A stretch of DNA of 35,373 nt from Octopus bimaculoides. Taxonomy: Eukaryota. This document shows positions 20,095-31,728 of the stretch, piece after piece. The stretch covers positions 51,966,998 to 52,002,370 of the forward strand of contig NC_068982.1 of assembly GCF_001194135.2 (NCBI RefSeq), given 5' to 3'. How positions within the stretch are numbered: the stretch's first letter is position 1; each line of letters starts with the position of its first letter. The notes under the pieces were generated by a model. The model saw nothing but the letters and a program-made list of their open reading frames with translations. It made no database searches and had not been told where the DNA came from. The position numbers and the translations under genes were made by a program.

Positions 20095-22014
20095 AAAAGC
20101 TATGGTAAATAGCGGCGAAATATATAGAGAAATGACACTTGCAACATTGAGAGAGAGGTTAAGAATGGTGCAACATTAGAATGAAATCACTTTAGGAAAT
20201 CAAAAATTTACGTTCGTTCCTACCTCTTGAACTAAAGAAAAGAACGTGTGACGGAGGAGCTAGGGCATTCGTTTGAACATGCCTCTCTCAATCATTTATC
20301 TTCGAACCAACAAGGAAATTTCTACGTGATCACACAACCTGCTAGAAAAGTTTTTATTTTATTAGTTTTTCTTTTTGTTAAATCTGAGGAGGACCGTAAC
20401 TTTTGTAAACTCTAGGGTACTTCTAAGTTGCGTTTAAACCACTGAAAGATAACTTCTGGTAAAACATGTGCATAGAAATGAATTCTCTGCATGTTTTACT
20501 TGAAGTTCTAAGGTTGAGGATTCTGGAGCGGGGGTAATATAGATGGCGAAAATAGGTTTCTAGGTATTTAATGCCAACCAGTCGAGTGATCTTTCTCTGA
20601 GTGTCTGCAGGTGTAGCGGTAGCGGTAGGAACAGTACTCCAATGAGGGTTAATAGCTGTTGGAGTCTGAAGTATTTTCCAGCTCTAAAGAGAAAAGCCAG
20701 TACTTCAGATACAAACATAAGATAACGATGTACGTTCGCCGGGTAAAATCTTCAATGATTGTGATGTTTACCATTTGGATGTCAAGATAGCTATAGTTGC
20801 GTGGTGCACTTGTTTATTGGAAGTAAAGTGCAGTTATTTGTTGTTATTGTTTACATTTTACTATTGAAGAAAACAAGACTGGTATAACTCTATAGGAGCG
20901 TTCAAAGTTTCTGTGCAGATTTAACATGAAGTGTCTTAGATACATGGGAATGGTCCATAGATGCGAAGTCAAGATAGCAGAAGTGTAGGACGTTGTTGGG
21001 AGAAACGGTCTATAAGAGAAAGTGTGTTGGAAGAAAAACCGGACCCCAGCGGTGCTGTGGCTCAGAAAAGCAGTCAAAATCTCATATCGCAACCTACCAA
21101 TTTGAATTTTAAAAAAAGACAATAGATAATGTAGACTTAAAAACCTTTGAAAAGACAAAGTAGTCACAGCTGGAATAACTTTGATTACAGATTACCTTGA
21201 TCAGAGCTGACCAGGGGTTAATATACAACAAATTGTCATGTTCTTTCTCTACCAAATTTTGAGGGGAAAGAGTAATTTATAATACATTTTTTAGGCTCTT
21301 TTCTGTTTGGTTACTTTTAATAGTTATCTAAGTCGCTAAGAAGAAACTTCCAAACGAAGGTTATGGTCAATAAAAATTTAAGTATTTTACCGGTCCAATG
21401 AAAGATAATATCGACATTAACAGGATTCAAATAGTAAGTCTACGGTTTAATTTTCGCGCCAATTACTCTTACAGGACGTTTATCTTTGTAAATAGTTTTC
21501 GACCGTAATGCATTTGTTTCTAACTTTGGGTAAAGTTACAAGTTTTGGAAGTGAGTACAACGGAGTTTTCAGATCCATTTCATAAAATGTAGCATCAAAT
21601 TTTCAAAAGAAGCAGCCCAAAATGAAAATTTTCCTTGTAAATAAAAAATATATAAATAAGGATTGCCTGTAGGGCGGATCTAATTAATTAGTAATTTAGT
21701 ATGATATTCAATAGGATACATAATTTTTGAAATTGAAATTGTAAGTTAGAAATATCCAACTTTCCTCAAGAAAAGCAGCTTAATCCGCTATTTGCAGCTC
21801 AATCAAGCAACTCTGGCCCACAGAACTTTACCGGCTCTAAAAGAATGAAAATAAAACCTGATGAGAATAAAAGCACAGCAAGACATTTCCACCGGTGTTC
21901 TACTATTTCTGCTATCCATCACCCTGATGTCGGTTTGCATTTTTCCTTAAGAATTTCAGAAAGAACTACTATACTCTTATATATAGAAATATAGACTTTC
22001 TAGACACGAAGCCA

Positions 22015-22165
22015 GAAATTTGACAGTAAACGGTAGAACAGTCGACTATACCGATCCTTGTACTTGACTGACACTTTATTTTATTGACCACAGAAGATTG
22101 AAAGGAAAAGTTGATCTCGGCAGGATTTGAACTCGGAACGTAAAGAACCAAAGTAAATGCTGCAA
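22015..22165 (-). mobile_element. Diverged SINE family B fragment
   Basis: AAAGGAAAAGTTGATCTCGGCAGGATTTGAACTCGGAACGTAAAG. Confidence 0.6.
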
Positions 22166-22524
22166 AGTATAGTACCCTCCGACACACACACAGGTGAATG
22201 GACTAACGACAGTAGCACTCAATACATTTAACAAGAGTTACATATATTTATAACAACAGTTTGCTTCGGTTTAGATCAAACTATTTATTTGATGGACAGA
22301 TAGATACTCAACACCGAAATTATTCATAGGCAGCCTAATGTGTATGAATGGGAACTACACAAAGAAAAATAATGCACATAGGATAAATCACATTGCTATA
22401 TTATAAGTTTTTCTTCGCTTTATTTAGTCATCTGCCCGACCAGAAGCAACTTCTTGACAAGGGATACTGTTAATAGAAATACATATTATATAGCATTATC
22501 CACGACAATTTAAAAAACAATTAT

Positions 22525-22876
22525 TTGTATATTTGCATCCCAACCACTTGATTCCAAGTTCAGACTCACTGCGTGATACCTTGGGTAAGTGTTTTCTACT
22601 ATAGTATCGGGCCGACCAAAGCCTTATGAGTGGATTTGGTAGATGGAAACTGAAAGAAGCCCCTTGTATGAGTATGCGTTTCCAACCACCACTTGACAAC
22701 CGGCGTTAGTGTGTTTACGTCTCTGTAACTTAGCGATTCGGCAAAGACATCGATAGAATAAGTACCAGGTTTTAAAAAAAGTACTGGAGTCGATTCATTT
22801 AACTAAAATTCCTTCAAGGCGATGCCCCGGCATGGCCACAGTCTAAAGGGTGAAACCAGTGAAAGATAAAAAGATA
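22525..22876 (+). mobile_element. SINE family A
   Basis: CCCAACCAC...CCTTGGGTAAGTGTTTTCTACTATAG..CCGACCAAAGCCTTATGAGTGGATTTGGTAG...GATAGAATAAGTACCAGG...GCATGGCCACAGTC..GATAAAAGATA. Confidence 0.8.
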
Positions 22877-23114
22877 TAATTTTGTAATCCAGAAGATCCC
22901 AAACATTCCTCTAACACAAACTGAATCTATTAAAATAATTTTCTCCAAATCTGTTATTTACTCAGCATCTGTTAACATAATTGTTTCGGGTTTACGATCT
23001 AAAAACCATTCATTTAAAGAACGTTTTTGCTACTGGACGTTACATACAATTCTGTCCTGCAAATAATATGCAAGTTAATTAAGCGTATGTATTTTAAAAC
23101 TTATGAGTAACAAG

Positions 23115-23153
<39 letters not shown>

Positions 23154-24540
23154 CAGAGAAAAAAAAGTTGTATCGTTGGGTATACATACATATGGAGATA
23201 GATAGATAGATACGAAAGAATGCCGGTGTATGTCACATTCATGGTGATGCTCAATCGGACTCACAATTACGAAAGATACAATTTTGTAAACAACATTAAT
23301 ATCAGAAACATTCAGTGTTTAGAAAAAGTTTATCAATTCTGTTTCCTCTGTACCAATGGGGAAGCAAAATTTATAATAATAATAATAAAACTCCTGCAAG
23401 AAACGTTGTCAAAATTTCCTAGGAAGTGTGATGGTATAACAGGTGTCAGATTATGAGATAAAGATGAATATATAGATATGAATAAAGAAAAGAAAACAAA
23501 AAGAATATACTCACTGTTATAGCTTTCTTTAGATATTAAATGTCCTGTATCTTGGAAAGATTTAAAAACTAATCAAAAACACTAATAGTCTGTAATATTC
23601 GTTCAATATTCGCCCAGTAAATCACTTATAATTTTACTATGAAGTATAAAATTAGTTTCTCATTGTAAGCAGAATCCCTGACGCCACTTTCGAGTAAGTA
23701 AATAAAACTACACGTGTATACTTATTTACTCGTATGCACATATACTTTTCTTATATGTTGCGTATAGTTGAATGTATGTGTGAGAGAGAGAAATCTCATG
23801 TCTGTGTATGTGTGAAAGAAAAATAATTGCTTGCCAGTGGTGGTGGTGGGAGCTAAATGAGTATTGAAAACAAAAGACATAATAAAGTCAAAACATGTGA
23901 TATGTATGAGTATATGCGAAATGAAAATAAATTTTTAGATCCTGTACTTGTACTAAAAATATAATAAATACCATGTACAGAGCTAAGTGACAGTTATTTG
24001 AATTTACTTTCAGTTGTGATTTACTGTTCATATGTATTCCCATAATCAGATTCACACACACACAGGCCCACGTACATATATATATATATATACACGGAAA
24101 ATACCTTAATGTAGCTATTGCGTTGGCGGGATTGTCACACCTTATTATAGTCACACAGCAGCATGTCCACATTCAACCAAATGAATACAACTTGCGTTCA
24201 GTTCACACACGTATTCTCAGCAACTGAATATATTAATTATGCAACAATGCTTTTAAAGCATTCAGAAGGAGTTCAAATCCTGCCGTGATCATCTTCGATC
24301 TTCCATTACAACGGGGATTGATAACAAAGTACTGGTCGATTTTAAGTCCCTTAAACTGGAAAAATGTAAAAACTAAAAGCAACTTATTCTGCAACAAATG
24401 TTATATTCTTATAATAAGTGTTCTAGATTTGAATGAAATTCTAAAATAAGATTTAATTCATATATACAACATAACTTCGTATGCTAGCACTTTTTTGTTA
24501 TTGTTGTTGACATATACATGTAAATAAAACTGTCACCACA

Positions 24541-24758
24541 CGAAGGCGGCGAACTGACCGAATCATTACAGGGCCCCCCAAAAAATGCTTAGCAGCATTT
24601 CTTCCGACTTTACGATCTGAGTTCGAATGCCGCCGAGGTTCGACACTGCTGTTCATCCTTTCGGTTTCGATAAAAGAAGTACCAGGTGAACACCGGAGTC
24701 GATGTAATCGACTTCTGCCATCCCCGAAATTGCTGAACTTGTACCAAAATTTGAAATC
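24541..24758 (+). mobile_element. SINE family B
   Basis: AAGGCGGCGAACTGACCGAATC..ATGCTTAGCAGCATTTC..CTGAGTTCGAATGCCGCCGAGGTTCGAC. Confidence 0.8.
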
Positions 24759-24829
24759 AATATACACCTATATAGTGAGAGCAATTTTATACACACACAC
24801 ACACACACGTATGTATATATATATATATA

Positions 24830-25228
24830 NNNNNNNNNNNNNNNNNNNNNNNNNNNNNNNNNNNNNNNNNNNNNNNNNNNNNNNNNNNNNNNNNNNNNNN
24901 NNNNNNNNNNNNNNNNNNNNNNNNNNNNNNNNNNNNNNNNNNNNNNNNNNNNNNNNNNNNNNNNNNNNNNNNNNNNNNNNNNNNNNNNNNNNNNNNNNNN
25001 NNNNNNNNNNNNNNNNNNNNNNNNNNNNNNNNNNNNNNNNNNNNNNNNNNNNNNNNNNNNNNNNNNNNNNNNNNNNNNNNNNNNNNNNNNNNNNNNNNNN
25101 NNNNNNNNNNNNNNNNNNNNNNNNNNNNNNNNNNNNNNNNNNNNNNNNNNNNNNNNNNNNNNNNNNNNNNNNNNNNNNNNNNNNNNNNNNNNNNNNNNNN
25201 NNNNNNNNNNNNNNNNNNNNNNNNNNNN
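24830..25228. other. Assembly gap (N run) after a (CA)/(TA) microsatellite
   Basis: 399 N. Confidence 1.
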
Positions 25229-25255
25229 CAAATTTCCAAAAAATTTTCTACTTAT

Positions 25256-25339
25256 GGTTAGGGTTAGGGCTAGGGGGTTTGGGTTACGATTTTAGGGTTA
25301 GGGTTTAAGGCTTAGAGTTGGGGTTTTAGGGTTAGGGCT
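25256..25339 (+). repeat. Degenerate telomere-like (TTAGGG)n tract
   Basis: GGTTAGGGTTAGGGCTAGGGGG..TTTAGGGTTAGGG..TTTTAGGGTTAGGG. Confidence 0.75.
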
Positions 25340-25934
25340 ACGGAAAAAGTGAAAAGAAGAAATTGGTGGGGAGTAATGGGGTAGGGGTGGGCAAAAATTT
25401 TCAAAATTCCGATTTTTTGCAATTTTCCGGAATCTCCATATCCGAAAACGTGGGGTTTTGGCCAAAAAAAAATTTTTTAAACAATAATTTGCAAGGAAAT
25501 GGGGAGAGGGGAACGGGAGGAAGTCTTTCCCCATGTAGTCCAGTACAACCTGTTCCATGGTCAGGTCATCGGCGACTAAACTGGCAACTCCACCAGGCTT
25601 GCTTGGTGAGGTGGGTGCTTGTTGAACACCCTGCAGGACAAAAAATAAGATCTGTCAAAGAAAGGGCAGAGGAACTACAAACGTAGTCAACGGCCATTCA
25701 ACTACGTGTTTGTGGAGTGTTTGTGTGTGTGTGCATTGTATATATTGCATTTTAAACTCTCTCTGTATGTATTGTATATATTGTATTTCAGCATGTGTGT
25801 ACATATTGTCTATAGTGTCTGTAAATTGTATATATTGTATGTAAGTCTTATTTTTAATTTTACTCAATTTTATCTCAATTTTTAATTTGTATTTATTTCT
25901 CTTATTTTAGTTTTTTTTTTTTTAATAAATAGAT

Positions 25935-26860
25935 GAAGGGTGGATAGAGCTCCTCTATTCACCCAAGCCATGGCAAAGGCAGTCTATCTAGGAGAAAGTA
26001 ACTCTGAATTTAAATACTTCACTGCTGTCTTGTAGTTAGCCTTTGGTTAAGCAAAGACTGGGAGAAGGACACTCTGATATAAAACCTGCGACTGAAAATG
26101 CACCCAATGATGTCGACTTGCTCTTCTTTTTGGATCATGCTTTGTAGTTTAGAGAGTGGGAATGGTTGCCGTGCAAAACTTTTCCTCTCTTTAAAAAGTA
26201 TCAAGCACAGGTATTGCTGGAGAAGAAGAAAAAATGGACATCTTGTATGTGCATGGTTGGCCAAAGCTTAAAAAAGCACATCTAAACAATGAAAGTTCAT
26301 ATTGATAATGAAGCAAATAGCAAAAAGGGCTTGAGAACATTTTGTTCTGTTGTCTGGCCTGGCAGGTGTCCCAGGGCACCACAGCCTGGATCCAGTTGCC
26401 ATCTTGCAACTGTGAGTAAATTCAAGTTAAGATGCAAGCCTATGAATATAGGATGCTGGAATGTTCGAATGTTATTAGACAATGATTGTCTGAAATCTCG
26501 TCCAGAGAGAAGATCTGTGCTTGTTGCAAAAGAGTTACAGCGATATGATATGGATGTTGTAGTGTTAGCCAAAACAAGAATTCATGGAAAGAGGAATTTC
26601 GTAGACAAATCTGCTGGGTATCATTTATTTTTGAGCAGTAGAGAGAAAACCTATAAGAGATAATCAGGAGTGGGATTTGCTATCAAAACCACTCTGACTT
26701 CAAAACTTGAGGAATTACCAAGTGGTCATTCAGATTGTTTAATGTCTTTAAGACTTCCATTAAGAAAAGGTCGCTATGCAACACTCATAAGTGCATATGC
26801 TCCAACTATGAATTCATCAGAGAATGATAAACTTGCCTTCTTTCTTTCGTTTGCTATATA
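25935..26860 (+). mobile_element. RTE (BovB-like) LINE 5' part: 5' UTR plus endonuclease, 3'-truncated
   Basis: MNIGCWNVRML..RRSVLVAKELQRYDMDVVVL.KTR...*SGVGFAIK...LMSLRLPL..GRYATLISAYAPTM..K.AF, with one in-frame TAA at 26661-26663. The 5' boundary is approximate. Confidence 0.85.
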
Positions 26861-27092
26861 CATAATAGTCACTGTGAGAGTGACCATGGTTTACCAGTTA
26901 GCTACCAGGTGTAAACCATTCATTTTAATATCCAATAACCACAACCAATTTTCAATTTCTGAGAGAAAGGTGCTATAAGGTAGGGCACCAAGACGATGGA
27001 TCTCAAAGCTACAAGATAATGCATGATTAATTCAAAACAATATGAATAAGTAAGCATTGCATTTGAGAGAGTAATCTGAATGCAAAAGGGTT

Positions 27093-27490
27093 ACTCTTTT
27101 ACTTGTTTTCAGTCATTTTGACTGTGGCTATGCTGGAGCACCACCTTTTAGTCGAGCAAATCGACCCCAGGACTTATTCTTTGTAAGCCTAGTACTTATT
27201 CTATCGGTCTCTTTTGCCGAACTGCTAAGTTACAGGGACGTAAACACAAGCATCAGTTGTCAAGCGATGTTAGGGGGACAAACACAGACACACAAACATA
27301 CACACACACACATATATATATATACATATATATGACGGGCTTCTTTCAGTTTCCGTCTACCAAATCCACTCACAAGGCTTTGGTCGGCCCGAGGCTATAG
27401 TAGAAGACACTTGCCCAAGGTGCCATGCAGTGGGATTGAACCTGGAACCATGTGGTTGGTAAGCAAGCTACTTACCACACAGCCACTCCT
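27093..27490 (-). mobile_element. Near-complete SINE family A
   Basis: Complete tail, core, (CA)/(TA) tract and head GTAGAAGACACTTGCCCAAGGTGCCATGCAGTGGGATTGAACCTGGAACC...CTTACCACACAGCCAC. Confidence 0.9.
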
Positions 27491-28279
27491 ATATATTTCA
27501 GTTTTTTCTTTGTATTTGAACATAGTTTGAGTTCATCAGCAAATTTAGAGATTTGTATTGATAGTTACAGCAGGTTCTGAAGTTGAATACCAGCAAATGA
27601 AACAGATGTTAAACTGGAACACTTTACACCGAAAATATGCAGATATTGAGAACATGATAAAGCTGGGGTGAAAAAAAGTGTGTACATGATATTGGCTTAC
27701 AGTCATATTTAGGGCAACAATGTAAGTACTATAAGAAAACAATAGAATTAGTTTACCTTTATATTTTGGTTTCAAACAAAGTTAAATTTCAGAGTGAATA
27801 AACAGGAAAACAATCCACCAGAAAAAGTAAATAGAATATTATAACTATAATATGAGTTTGTTTAGATTGTAATAATTTGAAATGTAATCATAATCAATGT
27901 TTATGACATGATGATGTTGTGAGACTGTTGCTGCTACAAGACTATTAAACAATAGCAAAAATGCTCTTGTTGCATAAGGTTCTAAATGTAACCAACTCTA
28001 TGTATTCGAATGCATTCCAAAATAAACATACATTTCATGTAAATGGCTTTGAGGAAACTATAAGATGTTGAACAAGCACTCAGATCTATGTGCAATGCTT
28101 CTTGTAACAGAAACAACTGTAAGCTAATGAAAGTGATCACATAACTCCTGCTCTTTTGTGCTTCATTAATTGATATTATGCTCTGTTCTCACCAGATGCT
28201 TCACTCTAAATCAGGAAAATACAGAGTTGTAACAAGTTATTAGTATTACAAATCCTAAACAAAATCATTTAATATCTTT

Positions 28280-28545
28280 TGTCTTTTATCTTTTGTTTGT
28301 TTCAGTCATTAGACTGTGGCCATGCTGGAGCACCACCTTAAAATTTTTTTAGTTAAATGAATCAACCCCAAGACTGATTTTTCAAAGCCTGGTACTTATT
28401 CTATCAGTCACATTTTACTGAACACAAGTCTCTTTTGCTGAACATAAACAAACCAACTCAAGTTGGTTTGTCAAATGGAGATGGGGACACAAAGGCAGAC
28501 ACATATAGATGTACACATATGCACACACACACACCACACACACTG
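28280..28545 (-). mobile_element. SINE family A, tail half (diverged)
   Basis: GTTTCAGTCATTAGACTGTGGCCATGCTGGAGCACC..CCTGGTACTTATTCTATC..(CA)n. Confidence 0.75.
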
Positions 28546-29707
28546 AAAATTCTTCAATCAAAGATCAAGGAGATTAGAAGTGAACTCTATAAAAATAGTT
28601 TTATTTCACGGATTTGATATTTTTACCTAAGAAATTTAGCTATTGCTTATTCATAACTCCTTCAAAAACAATATATTGACCCACTTACATCATAATGTTA
28701 TGGATGCTTAATATATATAGGTGAGTAAGCATTATCTGATAGGGAACTTATTACAAAAGATTTAGTAGGTATTTTATATCATAAATGACAGTTTCATCAC
28801 ACAACACCTACGAATATAAAAGTGAAATAAAAGTCTATTAATTCTCAAGTGTTGACAGGTTGTGTGGTCAATTTTCTGGCTGTTAAACAAAAGCGGTTTT
28901 CTTCTATAAATTTTCTTTTTCTTTTTTGCAACCAATCCCATGCATATTTGTTACTCTAAACTCACATCTACCACAAACCCTTTCAACCATCCTTAAAATA
29001 TTTACTGTTCAAATCCTTCAAGCATGAAACTTATCCACAAGCAAGCACACTGTGTCCTTCTTAGGCCTCTTCTTCACCTTATTGCTTGCTCACACAGAAG
29101 AAAACTTCAAGCACTCGCTCACCCATCTGCTCATATACTTCATAAATTATATACTGTTTTTGTCCCCCAAAACCCTACTAGAAAACTGTCACTCATAAAA
29201 AAATGAATGAAAATGATCTAATTTACTGGATTTGTTTAACTAAAACCTTTTAAGGCAGTACCCCAGCATGGCCACAGCCAAATGACTGAAACAGGTAAAA
29301 GGTAAAGGGTACTGTATTATTATAATTAAATATTATTAGGAATTGCATAAGAAATTAAAATATTTTGTGTATTGTAGAAAGTATAAGCAATTTATTGCGC
29401 ATAAATTGTAACAAAGTCTTATATGGAACCCCCAAACACCATATGGACCCTGGTTGAGAAGCACTGAACTAAAAAAAAAATATTATTGTAGCATTGTTTT
29501 ATAGCCAGTGTCCTTTCTGTTACTAAGCTTTACTTTTTTTTCAAATAATGAGACCTCTTGCTTCACATGTCTTCAAAGGCCTGAAGTGAGTAAAGAATTT
29601 GTTATCAGTGTGAGTTATAACAACACCTCTTGTACCTTGCAACTTTCATGGAGTGGAAATGTAAATGAACACATGCATATAATCGGAATTGAAATCGAAC
29701 TAAATTT

Positions 29708-30139
29708 GACGACTGGCACCCATGCCAATGTCGTCTCCGTCATTGGACACGAAACTCGGCTCGCGAAGACCTGTTGGGGCAAGCGAAAGCAAAATCATGA
29801 TGGCACCTGTGCCCAGCATTGCCCTCCTGGCACTTGTGCCGGTGGCACGTGTAGAGACATTCAAGCGAGATCGTTGCCAGTGCTGCTGGACTGGCTCCTG
29901 TGCAGGTGGCACGTAAAATACACCATTTTGAGCGCGGCTATTGCCAGTACCGACTGACTGGCCTTCGTGCCGGTGGCACGTAAAAGCACCCACTACACTC
30001 TCGGAGTGGTTGGCGTTAAGAAGGGCATCCAGCTGTAGAAACTCTGCCAAATCAGATTGGAGCCTGGTGTAGCCATCTGGTTCACCAGTCCTCAGTCAAA
30101 TCGTCCAACCCATGCTAGCATGGAAAGCGGACGTTAAAC
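29708..30139 (+). mobile_element. RTE 3' UTR / RTE-tail element with internal ~60-bp tandem units
   Basis: Repeated TGCCGGTGGCACGT units, then CCCACTACACTCTCGGAGTGGTTGGCGTT..AAGGGCATCCAGCTGTAG...GGAAAGCGGACGTTAAAC tail. Near-duplicate at 33480-33855. Confidence 0.8.
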
Positions 30140-30170
30140 AATGATCATCATCATCATCATCATCATCATC

Positions 30171-30288
30171 GTTTAACATCCGCTTTCCATGCTAGCATGG
30201 GTTGGACGATTTGACTGAGGACTGGTGAAACCGGATGGCAACACCAGGCTCCAATCTAATTTGGCAGAGTTTCTACAGCTGGATGCCC
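30171..30288 (-). mobile_element. Second RTE-tail copy, tail-to-tail with 29708-30139
   Basis: Reverse complement of 30023-30139 with few mismatches, separated by AATGAT(CAT)n. Confidence 0.9.
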
Positions 30289-30289
30289 A

Positions 30290-30490
30290 TGCACGAGTGT
30301 GCACACAAACACACACACACGTACATGCACATACAATGGGCTTCTTTCAGTTTCTATCCACCAAAATCACTCATACGACTTTGGCCAGCCCTGGACTATA
30401 ATAGAAGACACTTGCCCAAGGGAGTCATACAGTGGGAGTGAACACAAAACCTCATGTTTAGGATGCTAACCTCTTAAGCACATAGCTACT
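30290..30490 (-). mobile_element. SINE family A, head half (diverged)
   Basis: (CA)n-ACAATGGGCTTCTTTCAGTTTC...AGAAGACACTTGCCCAAGG..CAGTGGG. Confidence 0.7.
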
Positions 30491-30669
30491 TCGCTGCCTG
30501 TAGATAAACTAAAGTTGGTACTTACAGCATCTAGGTTTCTGAAGTGATCACCTGCTTCTTAGTATCTAAGTACTAAGCTCAATGTTGTTTAATATGACAT
30601 GGCCACAAGCATGTGTGTGTGTGTGTGTGTTTCTCAATAAAAATGAATAGGAAGTAGACAAATGGTCTG

Positions 30670-30945
30670 ACACCCCATCAGTTACAATGACAAGTGTTCC
30701 AGTTGATTTATTCAGCAGAACAGCCTACTTGTGAAATTAACATGCAAGTGGCTGAGCACTCCACAGAAATGTGTACTCTTAATGTAGTACTTAGGGAGAT
30801 TCTGCATGACACAGAATGTAACAAGGTTGGCCCTTTCAATTACAAGTACAACTCAATTTTTGCCAACTGAGTGGACTGGAACAATGAGAAATGAAATGTC
30901 TTGCTCAAGGATGCAATGTATCTCTAGGAATTGAACTCACAATCC
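30670..30945 (-). mobile_element. Older diverged SINE related to family C
   Basis: GTTCCAGTTGAT..GAACAGCCTACTTGTGAAATTAACATGCAAGTGGCTGAGCACTCCACAGA core shared with 19719-20094. Confidence 0.75.
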
Positions 30946-30959
30946 TGATTTTCCACATA

Positions 30960-31165
30960 TATATATATATATGTGTGTGTGTGTATGTTTGTGTGTCTGT
31001 GTTGTCCCACCACCACCACCATTGCTTGACAACCGATGCTTTAGTGGTTCAGCAAAAAGAGACCAATAGAATAAGTACTAGGCTTACAAAGAATAAGTCC
31101 TGGGGTTGATTTGTTTGACTAAAGGTGGTGCTCCAGCATGGCCACAGTTAAATGACTGAAAGAAA
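30960..31165 (+). mobile_element. SINE family A, tail half
   Basis: GCTTGACAACCGATG..ATAGAATAAGTACTAGGCTTACAAAGAATAAGTCCTGGGG..GGTGGTGCTCCAGCATGGCCACAG..ATGACTGAAA. Confidence 0.75.
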
Positions 31166-31181
31166 GAAACATTTTGTCACA

Positions 31182-31728
31182 GAACAAACATTAAATTTGA
31201 GTCAACAGCTTTATATATAACACTATACCTCAAACATTTAATCATATTTAAATATCACCATGGTTCTTAAACATATATATAAAAAGAAAGAATATACATA
31301 TACATAAAAACACAGAAGGTAAAAACATATATGCATATAAAATACAAATCAAACTCTAACCAACCATGGTTTTTAAAAATTGAACTTTGGATGTACTTTG
31401 TGTGAGGGGAGTAAAAAAACTTTTAAATATTTTTAATCGTTTGATAAAACGTTTTTAGTTGTTTGATATTTTCTTTTCTTAGTTTATTAGTTTTTTGGTA
31501 GTATGGCACACTTTGGAATTTTTATGAATTTTTAGTCGTTTATATTTACCTTTTGTTAGGCTGTTCTATTTGTATTTTATTCACATATTTATTTTTACCT
31601 TCTGTGTTTTTATGTATATGTATATTTTTTTTTTGTATGTTTAAGAACCATGGTGATATTTATATATGATTGAATGTTTGAGGTATGGCGTTATATATAA
31701 AGTTGTTGACTCGAATTTAATGTTTGTT
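31182..31728. mobile_element. Mutator-like (MULE) fold-back MITE with ~180-bp TIRs and 9-bp TSD
   Basis: GAACAAACATTAAATTTGAGTCAAC...CACAGAAGGTAAAAA is complementary to TTTTTACCTTCTGTG...GTTGACTCGAATTTAATGTTTGTTC. TSD TTTGTCACA (31173-31181) / TTTGTCTCA (31729-31737), 8/9. Confidence 0.85.

Noticed and set aside
20880-21100. Very old RTE C-terminal remnant (FNMKCLRYM...)
   Set aside because: Similarity is too weak to support without a profile search.
21780-21852. Minus-strand acceptor TTTATTTTCATTCTTTTAG| with short open frames
   Set aside because: All frames stop within ~13 codons and no product is recognisable.
24653-25308. Long ORFs of 150-192 aa
   Set aside because: Artefacts of the N gap.
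29780-30000. CRISPR-like repeat-spacer pattern (TGCCGGTGGCACGT units)
   Set aside because: The intervening sequences are mutually similar, the context is eukaryotic with no cas genes, and it is a retroelement UTR tandem repeat.
29508-30050. Cys/Trp-rich ORFs (149 aa, 116 aa) suggesting a secreted peptide
   Set aside because: They are read-throughs of the RTE 3' UTR tandem units; the same peptides recur at 33388-33835.
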